Of a stretch of DNA of 64,000 nucleotides, positions 23,904 to 37,535 are shown in pieces. The stretch lies in assembly GCA_965113315.1 (NCBI GenBank), contig OZ220368.1; one strand, given 5' to 3'. The translations under genes and the position numbers were made by a program. Origin of the DNA: Podarcis vaucheri (taxonomy: Eukaryota). Below the pieces are notes generated by a model. That model saw nothing but the letters and a program-made list of their open reading frames with translations, was not told the DNA's origin and searched no databases. Numbering within the stretch: the stretch's first letter is position 1; the number at the start of each line of letters is the position of its first letter.

Positions 23904-26900
23904 GCTTAGTAGGGCCAGAAATGCTTTTGTCTGTTTCTGAATTGGTGATTAAGCCATTAGCTGTATGTAGCTAATGCTTGAGATGACAACTAAACCCCCC
24001 CATATTTGACTTTCATGCTACATGGTGGGGCAGTATGTTTTAATTCACATATTAAAACTTTTACTGAATGTGAGACCAAATGTGAAATTGGGCGGGGTGG
24101 TGGGGGGTGGTGGTGCTGCTATCTGAAAATCTTGTTGAGGTGTAAATTTGTCCCATGACTGGTAATGACTTCTCTTGTATAAGCTATGAATGAAGGAGAC
24201 TGGACACAGCATATGCAAACTAATTGTATTTGATGTCTTCCGCTGGTGAATTCGCATGAGCTTTCCATGAGCTAAATCCCTGCTTGCAGAGCAGCAAAGT
24301 CATTCAGAGCCTCTCTATCCTGTAAAAATGTAAACACGCAAATCAAGGTGGGAGATGAGGCTTCCTTTCATTACTTTAATTTTGTGTGTTGTGCATGTCT
24401 CCTTTCTTTCCTGCACACTTTTATCCATGTGCAAGTGTGTAAGGTAGGTTTCCAGTAGCAGGAAACACTGAGGGCATAGTGTGGCTAAGAGTTGCAATTC
24501 CATTCATTTTCTTTTTTCATCCACGGTTTAAATTGTTTCCATTTTTGTATTTTCTTTTCTGTTTAATTAGGTTGTGATGGGAAATTATCTCTATTCGAGA
24601 GTAAAACTCCTGACTTTGTCCCAAGCCGAAATTTTGCGTGTTGCACAAGTACATAATGGCGAGAGGGTTTTTTTTAAAAATAAAAAAAATTCTTCATAAA
24701 AGCTTCTTAAAAGAGAAACTGTTTTCCTTCCCCATGCTGCCTCCTCCCTGCCCCCCCTAATTAAACGGTTTGAATTTGCACGTTAACCGCTTGGCGCTTC
24801 CTCGGCGCCTCAGATGATTAGAAAGGGATATTCATTTATGCCTTTTAAACGCCGCCCCGATTAAAATCAGAGAGATTTTTTCCTTCATCAAAATCTAACA
24901 TCCTTGAAAAATTAATTTGATGCCTCTTGTTATCAATTAATTGAATCTCGTTGGGAAGGAGGCTTCTGCAGCGGGTGGTTAGAGCTAGTCCTTCTGTTCT
25001 TAGCTGCTTTTTTAAAACACACTCTCTCCCCCCCTCTACTGCTTCTTCCAAACTGTGACATTATAAAACTTTCTTTTATTATCTTACTCTTCTTATATAA
25101 AATAAATGAATAAAACTTGTTTCTGCCCCCGCCTTTCTTGGGGTGTCTTCATATACTGTATAGAAAGGAAACCTCCTCTTCCTTCTACTTCCTAAGAAGA
25201 CTTCAGGAAAAAAAATAGTGCTTTAGCAATTTCTTGCCAATGTAGCTGGGTTTTCATTCTCTTTCAAATGGGGATATTGGATATTTCATTTGACTCTCCC
25301 TTTCAATTAAAAACGTAGAGCACCTTCACTTAAACCTGCTTCTTTTCTCTGCTGAAGTAATTTTTTTGTTGTAAATTTCGGTTCTTCCCACGAGACGAGA
25401 CAGACTCCTTCAATATGAATAGACTTCTTTCCCCACTTTATTAACTTCTCAACTCTTTGTCCCCTTTTCTGCTTTCTTAAACAAAAAGCTGGCAATCAAA
25501 GGTACTGACTTATTCGCACAAGCTTTTTTATTATTTATTTCTTTAAAAATTATTTAAATAAACTATATCTTGAAGTGTTTTTCTCTTCTTTTCTGTATTA
25601 CACTGAAACTGCAGAGTTATTCAAACTCTATGTCTCCCTAGTTCTATAACATGATCATGAATAGATGGATGGAGCAAATTTTAGATTGCAACAGAATAGC
25701 ATGAGCAGTAGAGAACAAAATTTTCACTTCCTCAATCTCCATTGCTTTAGGAAGGCCACTCCTGTTAATGGTACTTAAGTGTTCTCACAGACCTGGCAAG
25801 AATATAAACTTGTATGTATCGTTCACCTTACAGCTACTGTTTTCAATCCTGTAGTATTCTTCCTCAGACTGGGATCCCTCTAGTGATTAGACTCTACAGA
25901 AGTATTTTGAAATTAAAGTTTTTTGCCCTATCTGTCCATCTGTCAGGATATAAAATGATAATCATGGAAGTCTGTTTAATGGCTATCTCACCTAGCTTCT
26001 CTGCTTAGTTTGGTCCTTTCATAGCTGTTTTTATACAACTGTTGTTGAGAAATGGTAGTGTTTCAGATTAACGACAGTCGCAGCTGAGAGCATAGACTTG
26101 TCATGCAGAAATGGCTTCCCCTACAGGCAGAGCTACTGATTCGGCAAAAGTGAATGAAATTTTGTAAATTAAACCATATGCACGTTTAAGAAAACTCCAC
26201 TGGAGTTCAGTTTTGCATAGCAAGTAATTTTGCAGGTTAATGTGTAATTGGCATAATTCTTATTTATGTGAAAATGGCTGCGGATGCAATTCCTCTTTCA
26301 GAATGAAAGTAGGAAACTATTATTAGGATGAATATATTTAAGCATATGCAACTTAAAAATGCTAACAGATTTGCCAACTATAATTGACATAAAGTTTAAA
26401 AATAAAACTAGTTGGAAATCAGGCATGTGCCACTGACTCCATTCCTTAGCTGGTTGGCCTGTTACTAATAGAAACTACAAAAAAATCCCCAAATGTGAGA
26501 ACCTGATGTGGTAGCACAGCAAAAGCCATAAAATAGTTTGGACCTCAAATAAATGAAATGTTTTGGAGCATAATTAATAATTACCCAAGGGTTACCTTTG
26601 GTTGAACCTAGTATTGTCTAAGAGGTAGACCATCTAGTTCAGTTGGGAATTGAACATAGCACATTTTGTGTGCTAACTATGTGTTCTACCACTAAAAATG
26701 CTGGGCTTTCTACTTTTCCACCAATTTCTGAGCCTACGATGCACTTTGCTATTTTGATTTCAAGCCTATCTTTTCAAGGGCTCGCAAAAATGTTCAAGAC
26801 CCATTTACACTCTGTAGGCTGTGTTTTGTCACTTGCTTGTTCTAAACCATCAAGGGGTAGGAGGAGAAATATCAAGTCATAATTAAATCGTGGTCAATAT

Positions 26901-26986
26901 TATGCTCCAGTTCTTTGCGAACCTGAACATAAAAACACCACCTAGCTTGGTGTGTTAGATATAAAGTGATAACTGAGCTGCTTCTA

Positions 26987-27239
26987 CAGTGGTGCCCCGC
27001 AAGACGAATGCCTCACAAGACGAAAAACTCGCTAGACGAAAGGGTTTTCCGTTTTTGCGTTGCTTCGCTAGACGAATTTCCCTATGGGCTTGCTTCGCAA
27101 GACGAAAACGTCTTGCGCTTTTTTAAAAAGGCCGCTTGAAGAGGCGCAGTTGCGACGGACCGTGCTTCGCAAGACGAAAAGCATCGCAAGACAAAAAGAC
27201 TCGCGGAACGAATTCTTTTCGTCTTGCGAGGCACCACTG
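26987..27239. mobile_element. Tc1/mariner (Tigger-like) MITE, third family
   Basis: TIRs cagtggtgccccgcaagacgaa / ttcgtcttgcgaggcaccactg (1 mismatch in 22); TA duplication on both sides. Confidence 0.93.
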
Positions 27240-28047
27240 TATTGTGTGTATCCCTTGAATTACTGATTTCTTAATTTTGCTAAGTAGTTTCTGCACTATG
27301 ACAGCAGCTTCATGTATTATAATTATGCAAAGGAAAAAAGTTGGAAGGTGTATGCATCCCTCTTCTTAGTTTCATCATCACTGATTGACTTGGAAATCTC
27401 TGGGCCCTTTGGGAAAGTGATGCTTTCAAGGTTTCTATATTGAAATGTATTTTTCTACTAAGCAGAACAGCATGGTTAGTTGGTCATCTCCTGTACCAAA
27501 GATGATCTTCGTGGAACAGCTCAGGGGTGTGTATGATGATAGAACTTCAGGTTAGGTGTTGGTCTTACAGAGCATAAATTGAACTTTAGACTATAAAATG
27601 CTTCAACAGTCCTGGTTTTATGCTACCCTTAGAAGCTAGTTTAGTTGCAGCCTCCTATGCTTACCCTGATACTTCAATTGGTTATGGAAGTTCACAGTGC
27701 AGTTCATTGTGGAGCAGCGTTAGAAACTCTGATATATAAGCTAAGCACCAAATGGCTCCTTAAACCAGTGTTACAGTCACCAAAACGGAATGTGTAGTTG
27801 CTATTTTGGGGCCAGACAGCTCAAAAGCCATCTTTTTCAACAAGACTTTTTGCTTCCTGAAATTAATTGTGATTGCGCAGATAAAATATAACAGATAGAA
27901 TTCTGCGGGTTGCGTTGTTAGTGTGTGAAAACAGTCCAGATACAAGGATCTCTAGGCATGCACTTCCAGAGGGGTGGAGACATCAGGATTGGTATAATTT
28001 TCACTTCTATTGTGACTTATATGCATCAAGCTTGAAAGATGTACATT

Positions 28048-28130
28048 AGAGCCCTATGCTTGTTTGATGTAAATCCCACTAAGTTCAATGGAGCTTACTC
28101 CTAGGCAAGAGGGTTTAAGATTGCAGTCTT
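28048..28130. repeat. Old ~90-bp imperfect palindromic repeat (unclassified)
   Basis: cctatgcttgttt...aaatcccactaagttcaatggagcttactcctagg...agattgcagtc. Confidence 0.6.
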
Positions 28131-29465
28131 CCAGAGCAATCCAACCTCCCCCTACTATGCACTAAGTCAAGTAGCTGTAGTACTGTGGTAGTGAAACCTT
28201 TCTAGAGTGGGCAAGGTTGATATTGGATGGTGTGCTCCTTCTTACAACTTCAAAGTATATTCTCATTTAGATATTTTAAGTCCTTTTTTTATTCCATAAA
28301 AAACCGCACACTCAAGTAATACATTTTCCAGCATATTTTGAATAACTTATGTCAGTATGTGTCACCTTAGTTTTCTAATGCTGAATAAAATGGAGGGTTT
28401 GTTCACATGAAACTAGAAATTTCATTTGCCCTCTCACTTTTTTGGTCCATTTTCAGTGACTAAATTCTTAGCACTGTAGGTCTGGCCTTTGCATGATAGC
28501 CTGAAATCCTATATATGTTTATTGGAAATAAGCATTGAAAGCAGTGGGGTGTATGCATAGGATGAATCTCATTTTTAAAAAATACTGTTATGGAAAAACA
28601 GCTTTAAACCCTGCATGTTCAGTGGTACATATTCTCAAGGTTGGCATGCATAGCTCTGAGCCTTAGTTGTTGAAAAGTCATACAATTTATATGATTTCGA
28701 TTACAAGTCTGGGTTGCAAAAAATAGGTGTTCTTTTTTATATATATAAAAATGAAATGGGAAAAAATCTAGTTTATAGATTCATAGTATCCTTTGCTATA
28801 AGCCACACTTGAATATTACACTCTTAGTCTGGCTTGTACCTGCAGTGACAATTGGTACTTATTATCACTTGGGTTTGCCAAGCGAGTGGAGAAATATCTA
28901 GTCCTTAAGAACTGCATTGTGCATATTCTGGTATTAATGTGAATATAAGTTAATTTGCACATGCAGAAAACATTTAACAAGAAAATGGTGTCTGAATGAT
29001 TGTCCTTCAGAAACATAGCTCTTTTTCTTTTCCCCACTTTCATAGAGTATTCAGGGACTCCATTCCTTCAGAGGCAGTGGGGTAGTACATTTTGCCCCAG
29101 ATTGCATGTCAGCCAACCTGGACTTTCAGAATGTATACCAAGGATGCACAAAGGTGTCTTACCCTAGGCAACCTCTTGCCCTGTCTCTGGATTGCTCCCC
29201 CTTTTTACCTTGCAAAAAGCCCCCCCAATAATCCCTAGTTAACAGGTGAGGATATGACAGTTCTTAGTAGTTCTCTTGCTCTTTTCTTGGGAATAAGAGA
29301 GGCCACTCTGTATATATTACATACATTTGAGCTTTCCACAGAAATGTCACAGGATATATCTCTTTGCATTTCATACACTTCTGGCCTTGCTATTTACATG
29401 CCTCGTCTCCTGTCCCCCACCTTCAAGCCTCCGTAGCCTTATCGTCAGTTGAGGATTATGCTTCA

Positions 29466-29546
29466 GGTATCTGTTGATACTCTAGTTCACAAATACTTGC
29501 ACTGCAATACATCTGTTAGTCTGTAAGATGCCACAGGATTTTGTTC
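29466..29546 (+). mobile_element. Degenerate Penelope-like element terminal fragment
   Basis: ggtatctg...aatacatctgttagtctgtaagatgccacagga resembles the Penelope terminal repeat; related to 34263-34357. Confidence 0.5.
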
Positions 29547-30311
29547 TTTGCAGGGCTGTTGGTTATAATCACTTTCCTAAAATCTGGTAATCTATCCTCA
29601 TTGTGGTTTGTACTTGATTAAAAGCAAGACCTTTTTGTTCTGTATCACTTTTTATGTATAGTTTGGTATAAACTAGGGGGGTTATACGATATGATGGAAA
29701 ATTTGGAAAACTCAGATCTGAGCTCTTAAATGTTCTTTGGCTTTTTAAATCCCATTCTTAGGTATATGCCTAAAATGCATCTGGTGTGAACTTGGTGGTA
29801 AACCTAGGTTGCCTTAATTGGTTTGATAGAGGACTACACTTGTTTTGGGGTGTCAGAAGTTGTGAATGACCAGATTCGTTCTAAAAACAGAGGAAACTAT
29901 TGGCTAGAGTTATTCGCATGCAAGTCCAGAGGCACTGCATATGCACAATTATATTTCGACGATGTCTTTTATAAGAGCAGTCGTGTTGGAAACATGCATT
30001 ATTCGTTATAGCATGAAATAGCCTTCCCGGTGGCAACAGAACAAAAGTTTAAAAATTCAGTTGCCATCTCTGAACAGATTAGTGCTGGCAAGCAGTAGCC
30101 TCTTCTCTATGCCCTCCTCCTTTTTGAAACCTTCAGGGTGACACAATGAGGAAGGTTCTGTTACCCTCGCTTAGACCCAGTCTCTCTCACACACTTATGG
30201 TTTCCTGAGTCTCCCAAACAGTAAGGCAGGAGCCCCTGTGTGTGCAACGTCACTATTTAATTAGTCGTCCCTGATTAACAAAACTTGGCGTTCAGCTTCC
30301 TTCTGCCCTCA

Positions 30312-30531
30312 NNNNNNNNNNNNNNNNNNNNNNNNNNNNNNNNNNNNNNNNNNNNNNNNNNNNNNNNNNNNNNNNNNNNNNNNNNNNNNNNNNNNNNNNN
30401 NNNNNNNNNNNNNNNNNNNNNNNNNNNNNNNNNNNNNNNNNNNNNNNNNNNNNNNNNNNNNNNNNNNNNNNNNNNNNNNNNNNNNNNNNNNNNNNNNNNN
30501 NNNNNNNNNNNNNNNNNNNNNNNNNNNNNNN
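30312..30531. other. Assembly gap (220 N)
   Basis: Run of N. Confidence 1.
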
Positions 30532-30780
30532 TCTTTTCAAGAGCTCAGCAGAAAGCAAGCAGTGGGTGAAACCAGGATGCCAACGCCTGGCACTTTTTCA
30601 GTCGCTGAAGGCAGCGAAAGCAGGCCGGTTGCCTCACCCAGTCACTCCTCTCCACAGAAGAGATGAAGGCTTCCAATTCTAGCCTTGGCATCTTATATAG
30701 GATTTAAATGGCGGAAGAAACTCTGCTACTGTGGAAGGATTTAAAAGTTGGCTATTTCTCCCCCTCATTCCGATGAAAGG

Positions 30781-30956
30781 CACATAGGAAGTGACCTTGT
30801 ATCAAGTCAGATCATTGGTTTGTCTAGATCTGTATTCTATAGATCAACTGGCAGTGGCTCTTCAGGGTTTCTGGCGGAATCTTTTCTAGCTGTATCTGGA
30901 GATACCATGGATTGTACATGAGACATTCTACATGGAATATTGACCTATGGCCCTTC
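30781..30956 (-). mobile_element. Old tRNA-derived SINE, degenerate
   Basis: acataggaag...actggcagtggctct...ctggagat...ctatggcccttc; homologous to 40541-40762. Confidence 0.65.
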
Positions 30957-32469
30957 TAGGCGAAGGCAAGTGACTGTATTGGAGAGGCCAATTCCTGCTC
31001 ATTGTTAACTATGTGGTCCCCTATTGAAGTGCTAAGTTTTGCTTAAAATGGTGGATATGCAAAGGTTGTTCTAGGCTGCATTAGAAGCCCATAGATCCTT
31101 TTCTAATTCATCTTCATTCCCACCAGTTGAACACATCCTGTGAAAATTTTCATTATCTTGTAAATACTTTACCTGCTGCACATTGTCTTGACGGTCTAAC
31201 CTCCTGGACTGGACTTTCAAATGTTATTTCCTTTGTCAAAAATAGAGTCCCCAGTTGTACAATGGAATTGTCTACAATTCTCACTTCTTTATGACCTAGG
31301 AGAAAGGAGACTATGAAATGTAAGTCTATGCAACTTCTTCCTGGCTCCAGCTTCAGGGAGACAACTGCCATAGAATTATTTTCAACTCCTCTTCAGAGTC
31401 AAGGATTTGGAGAAATAGGAAAAACTTGGAAAACAACAGAATCTGGACAGGGTTTCACATTGTTTTGCATTGTGAGTTCACTAATGAATGTCAACACTAG
31501 AAGCAACACTAGACTATAGAAAAGTATGAAGTGCAAGAGCATGGGACGTTGAAGGGAAGTTGTCATGTTCTTTTAATGACTATTAGTGCATGGGGTGGGC
31601 TTATTCCAAAATAAAAAGTTGCTTTTTAGCTAGATGAAAGTAGTAGATGAAAGCATCCATAGGTGTGATCCCATTAAAGGGGGTACCTGGACTAAGCCAA
31701 TCCTTGCTTCCTTAAATCTCTTCTAATTTACTGTAATGCTTTAAATTCATTTTAGCTCTTGCAGATTTTATTTTCTAATCCCTTTCCACATTTCCATGTG
31801 TTTGTGTGTTAATTAAAGGGTAAAAAGCCACTCTGAGCAATCCTAGGTTCTTCTTCTCCTCCTGAACCCAAAGCCTTTTAAGATTAAGAGCTGTTTTCTA
31901 AAGACTTCCTATTACCCACACTTGGGGAGGAATATCGTTCAACTCTTCACATGTTTAAGCAAAGACTGAATGTGAGTAAAGGTTTGTGAGAGAAAATACT
32001 TTATCCTTGCTGGCTAGGACTAGTGTTGCTTAGTCAATCTAAAGGCCAAGTTGTAGCATTCTGAAGTGGTCCTAGGGAGGTATTGCTCCCTTCCTTACTA
32101 CACCTTGTACAAGTCTCCACAGACTGGAATTCAAAATATCAAGTAGTATGGTGCAGTATGTAGACTTTGGGGTTTCAACATGGGTAATGAGCCATGAGGC
32201 TTAGGGCAGCTTCCTGTGTGACACGTTTCTCCTTGGCAGTTGGAGGACAGAAAGAATTCTGTGAAATAACCTTTATAAGGTGGCCTAGAAAATTACTGTT
32301 CTCAGTGCAACAGTACTTGAAAATAAATCTTTTTTTAAAAAGACTGTTCGGTTTCCGAGCTACTTAGCCTTAGCCTCAGATATATCCAGATCATTTGCTG
32401 AATGCTGAGAATAAAATAAGCAGAAAAATGAAACTCTAGGCATGAAAAAGTGTTGTTTGTGGCATCTCT

Positions 32470-32855
32470 TATGCCTGAAGGAGCATCTCTTTCAGTACCA
32501 ACTTGCCTACATGTTAAGATCTGCTGAGATCCATGTCCATGTACCTCCTTTATCAGAGATACATTTGACCGCACGAGACAGAATCTTCTCAATAGTGGCG
32601 TTATGCCTATGGAATGCCCTCCCCAAAGAGGCACACTTGATGCATACATTGCAGTGTGCCTGGTGCCTGGTGCCTGGAAAAAATGTTATTATTTACCCAA
32701 GTATCTTAGTCTGTTGTAAACTTTGGTTTGTTTTTAACATTTTTTTTGCTGTTTTATTGTAATTTTCATTATGATATGATTTTTTGTTGCACATCACCCT
32801 AAAATTCAAGTACAGTAAAGGATGATGTCGAAATGTTTAGGTAAGTTAATAATAG
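32470..32855 (+). mobile_element. L2 LINE 3' fragment
   Basis: ORF 32442-32762 contains LKEHLFQY..YMLRS...RDRIFSIVALCLWNALP, the L2 ORF2 C-terminus, followed by a T-rich 3' UTR and tail remnant. Confidence 0.75.
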
Positions 32856-34262
32856 TACGTTGCTAGTTAGGATAGTTGGGGCAAGTCTGTTCTTCATCAC
32901 CCCACCTTCTTTGCATAGGGTGCATCTTCCTGGGTTCATAAAGCATTTCCTTTCCATTACTTTTTGTGATCTTTTGCCAGAATATAGGCAACAGATTCTA
33001 TTCTTAAGGGAGAGACAAACAGACTTGGGGAAATTTACAGGACTTTGCTAGGAAAGGATTGACTGTTGAACCTTGAACATATTGGCATCTCCACTTCTTT
33101 AAAACAATATGTGTGTTTTTTATTTTACTGTTTTATCTTTTGTTAAGTGTTTTGATTTTTTTTATAGTGAATGGCATATAAATTTTATGAAATAAATTAA
33201 TAAAATAAAAAATATTTACAAACTTAAATGAAAGAATTAAGTGTTTCATTTAGCTACTTCTTCTAACCTTTGGCAAAGAGTAGCTGCGTGCTGATGTATT
33301 TGAATCCTGGCATTCACAACTTGAGGAGAAGACCTTTTGGGTGGTAAACTGAGTGCTATGCCTGGCCTTAGTCTCTTCCTTTCTTGGTAGTTCTGAAGCC
33401 TGAAAGAATGAATTGGGCAAACCGGTTTGGTTGAATGTTGGGAGGGGCTGAACTTTCAGAGTTTGGAACTGAATGGGAATTGCCCTGAAGCTGTATGAAC
33501 TTGGATCTCTAAGACTGTGGCTATTAAAATATGACAAGAGTATGTTCCGACTTTCAACCAAAAATAAGCTCCTGCCAGCTCAGTGCCAGAAGTTAAAAAA
33601 TTTATTTCGCCTCCTTTTTCAGCTAGAATGTGATAGAAGGTGCAAGAAAGCCAGAGAATTGTCCAAAACACAGGGTACATATGTGAATAGGGTTTAGAAT
33701 ATATTCTCTCCCTATGCTTCCTTGAGATTAGGGTTTGTTTAATCTAGACAGAATGCTGTTGATGTAGCGTGTGATGTGCTACATAGTGAATTTTCAGTTT
33801 AATCTTCATATTTTGGTACTGGAAGGAATCTTCATGCATCTCAGATTGGTCATGGCTTCTGGAGTGGGAAAGGATGTGTGTATGCATGTATGTTTGTTTA
33901 TTTGCACATATTGCCTACTGCTGTGTGCATGCTTGGCCTTCATACTTATATGCAACAATTTGCTGTACTACCACCGTATAGTAAGTTCACAATTTATGTG
34001 CTCATTCAGCTTTATGTGTTTGGCAATTTTAAAAAAAGGGGGGGGTGAGCATCCAGGAAAAAATACTTTGGGTGCAATGGCGGGTGGGACTGCCATTGTG
34101 TTTTGACTATACACAATTTGGGCTTTAAGTGAGATCCTTGGAGGGCTTACTGTACTTGCAGTGCACAGCTCTTGCTTGTACCATTCCATGTTCTGAACTT
34201 CTTGGATTTATCTGTGGAGTGCACTCAGGAATTAGTGAGTGGAGCATCTTGCTTTTTGACAT

Positions 34263-34357
34263 ATATAAAAAAATAAAAGAATTGTCCAGTAGCACCTTAG
34301 ACACCAACTAAGTTTCTTCTTGGTATAAGCTTTTGTGTGCCTGTACACTTCTTCAGA
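34263..34357 (-). mobile_element. Penelope-like element terminal fragment with TSD
   Basis: Minus strand tctgaagaagtgtacaggcacacaaaagcttataccaagaagaaacttagttggtgtctaaggtgctactgga; perfect 14-bp direct repeat ttgctttttgacat at 34249-34262 and 34358-34371. Confidence 0.8.
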
Positions 34358-36043
34358 TTGCTTTTTGACATTCAAGTTTGGACAAAATTGATATTTGCTC
34401 CTTTTTAGCCCGTATACTATATACAGAATCAGGGGTTTTTTTTTTCTAATCGAAGTGAATCCTCATATCTTCTGATGACTTTTCTTTTCCAAGCTTAAAA
34501 ATAGACCCTCACAGACAGGGTTCGAAACTAGCAGGGCACCAGCTGCATTTTGCGCCTAAAGATTTTCCATTTGCGAGCACTTCAAAAAGTCTGGGTGCCA
34601 TGTTTTGAGCCTGACTGAAACTTCAGGATTACTGAAATGTTTGTGCTTTGAAGCCTCAAAGTATATGTTAAGGATAAACAATATGTTAAGGAGTTTAGCA
34701 ATAAATAGTAGAGTGTTTTGAAAACTGAAGTATGGTACCAATATTTTTATTGTAAACACTAAATTTAACATGTATTAATAATTTCTGTTAAAGTGATATT
34801 AACAGTCTCACTTATGTGAATTGTGTACTAGTTCATGCTTATCAAAATAATAAATAAAAAGTGTTGCTGAACACCCCCCCCCCAAATGGCGACTGTACAT
34901 TCTGTTTTGGTGCCCACAACCCAGGTCCCAAGAGCCATTTGGCTCCTAGCAGTTTCTAACTCACAGATCTCAGTAGACCTTGCTGTCTCTTACAGTGTTG
35001 TGCACTCTATTCTCCTCGGCTACTTCAGCATTTTGGAAAGTGCACCTGCTGCCCAAGTAGAAAGCAAATACAGAGTTTTTGCTGCCTTCTGGAATGTTGC
35101 TGTTGTGCTTGTGGGCTCTTGCTTTCTCCCCGCCACTCAGTGCTACTTGGCAGTGAGGTGGAAGGCACAGACACAGATGATGCATGTGGGTGTCTTATCT
35201 GCTGTGACTTACTCAGGGGGTCAAATGTGTAAAGGTGGCGAGAGCAGAATCTTTGATGGCAGAAGGTTCCATGACAGTTGAAGGTGCTCATTGGGAGAAG
35301 ACTTGAGGCCATGGAGTTTCTGGTTGCTATCGGTGACAAGTGTATTCTTGGCAGGAGAAGTTATTTACCCAACATTCAGAAGAGCAAAGCGGACGGATGT
35401 GAGGTGATGATTTTATGTTGGCAGAAGGAATCTTTTAGTAAGATATGTGCAGAGTTGAAATGACAATTAAGAGCATCTGCAGACTGTTGCTACAAGCACA
35501 TTAGCTTAGCTCTCTTGTCTTGTGGTGTGTGGGACCAGAATATTGGAAGAAGAAAAAATTAAGGTGTCTGCCTGATTCTTTTTTTTTCTTCTCCTGTAGT
35601 TTAAGAGATCGAGAAGTGAAAGGAGAAAGTGAAGCTTTTACCCCTTGTTGCTTCAAAAACTTTATGAGAAGAATATATTTGAGAATCTAACTTTACAGTT
35701 TTTGTATATGGTTAAAACTGCAATTTGAAACAGTTGCTTCAGAGCACTGTCATAATATAGCTACCTCTGTAACGAGAGCATACAGTACGTGGGTTGCTGA
35801 ACATTTTGATGAGCTTTGTGCTGCTTTAAGGATAAACATTTCTGTGTTTTTGTACATGTACACCACTGCATTACACGTACAGTTCTCCCAATACAGAGAA
35901 CAGACTCTTGTAGCTTGCCCACAGATCTGCAAATACTTCATTTTAAAATTCTAGAAGATAACATGTATATGCTGTTACGTGTTCTTGCTCTCAGTGAGAG
36001 ATCTGTCCATACAGCAAAACCAGCTGATCTCTGTGCTCTCTCT

Positions 36044-36183
36044 NNNNNNNNNNNNNNNNNNNNNNNNNNNNNNNNNNNNNNNNNNNNNNNNNNNNNNNNN
36101 NNNNNNNNNNNNNNNNNNNNNNNNNNNNNNNNNNNNNNNNNNNNNNNNNNNNNNNNNNNNNNNNNNNNNNNNNNNNNNNNNNN
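36044..36183. other. Assembly gap (140 N), probably over a microsatellite
   Basis: Run of N preceded by ctctctct. Confidence 1.
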
Positions 36184-37535
36184 ATGCGCACTTCACAGGT
36201 TAGGAGAGAGTCAAAAGATGTCAAGGCAAATGTTACTGCTCAGATTAAGCAATTGTTAATTAAAAAGCAGCAGTAATTAATATGCCTATGTGCCATATGG
36301 TATTGGGTCTCTCTTTACTCCTGTTGCCTGTCTCTTTCGTCTACCTCTTTCCCTAACCTCCTTTCACTGCCAAATAAAAGGTGTACTTTGAAACAAACAA
36401 ATACGGAAAGTGAAATCAGTGGACAATTGTTGAATGAAATTATTTTGATTCCAGACAAAAAGAATCGCAATTAGTTATCCAGTCACACTAATTAATCATT
36501 GAAGGATGAATGTCTGACCTCCCTGCTCTTTATATTTGTGCATGTACTTGTATGTGGTATTGTTGCCAGTATTACCTCTCCCAGAAAGACTGAAAAACCA
36601 CCGCTGCTCACCTGTATCTTTACTGCTTATTTATTCATTTAAATTTAAAAATTGCTTGGCACTGAGACTAGGCTTTAACTGCAAACAGGCCCTTTCAGAC
36701 TACTAAAAATCAGTTGGTAGTTCTTATTGGCTGCCATTTTGATATGCCATATACACTTACTTGTCCAGATTTCCATGGGTGGTGATTTGTGATAGCTCGT
36801 GCCAGAGAGACTGACTAAATTGTTAGGCTAGTACTTCTTGATTGTACCCACATGCCTTCTTCTGAATGCAGATAAAATGGTGTAGCTTGCCATAGCAGTT
36901 GCTGAGAGAAATTTGTGTGTGTGTTTGTGTTCATACTATAGGATCCATTTCTAGTTTTGACAATTTATAGTTTGGTGATTTTTCAGTTTCCTGTCAAGGT
37001 TTCTAATAAGTTCGCAATAAATTCTCCTGATATTCATGCTGGAAAAATCATTGCCAGGCTTAACACTCCTTCAATCCTTTACTGATAGTGTTGGCTTGCT
37101 CATTTCCCAAAAATAAACTAGAATACTGCTCCCATTGTATAAATAAGGAACTCAGGGACCAGTGCTTCAACTCAAGTGAGAAGGCTGGCAGAAGGCAGCA
37201 TTTATATAAAAGCAAATATCATCTATCAGGGTTCATTCCAGTACTACATACTGGTAATGATGTGAGTGTACTAACAAATGGGCAAAAGGATTGTGGTTGT
37301 GAAGTAGAAGATACTCCTCTATTATTCACCATATGCAGAAAAGTGGAATTAACATCAGTGAAATAGGTACTTGACTTTATTCTGAGTATGTATCTGAAGC
37401 CATGAGCTGATGTTAGGGTCAGTTTGTTACTCACTGCTATGATTATTATTTGTCTCAATTGTGTGACGTGACTAAGAGTGCAATTCTATTCATGTCTACT
37501 GAGAAGTAACTGAGTTCATAGGGTTCATAGGGTTC

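Noticed and set aside
26987-27239. CRISPR-like short repeats
   Set aside because: Vertebrate DNA; the repeats are 11 bp, irregularly spaced, in both orientations and enclosed by TIRs with a TA duplication.
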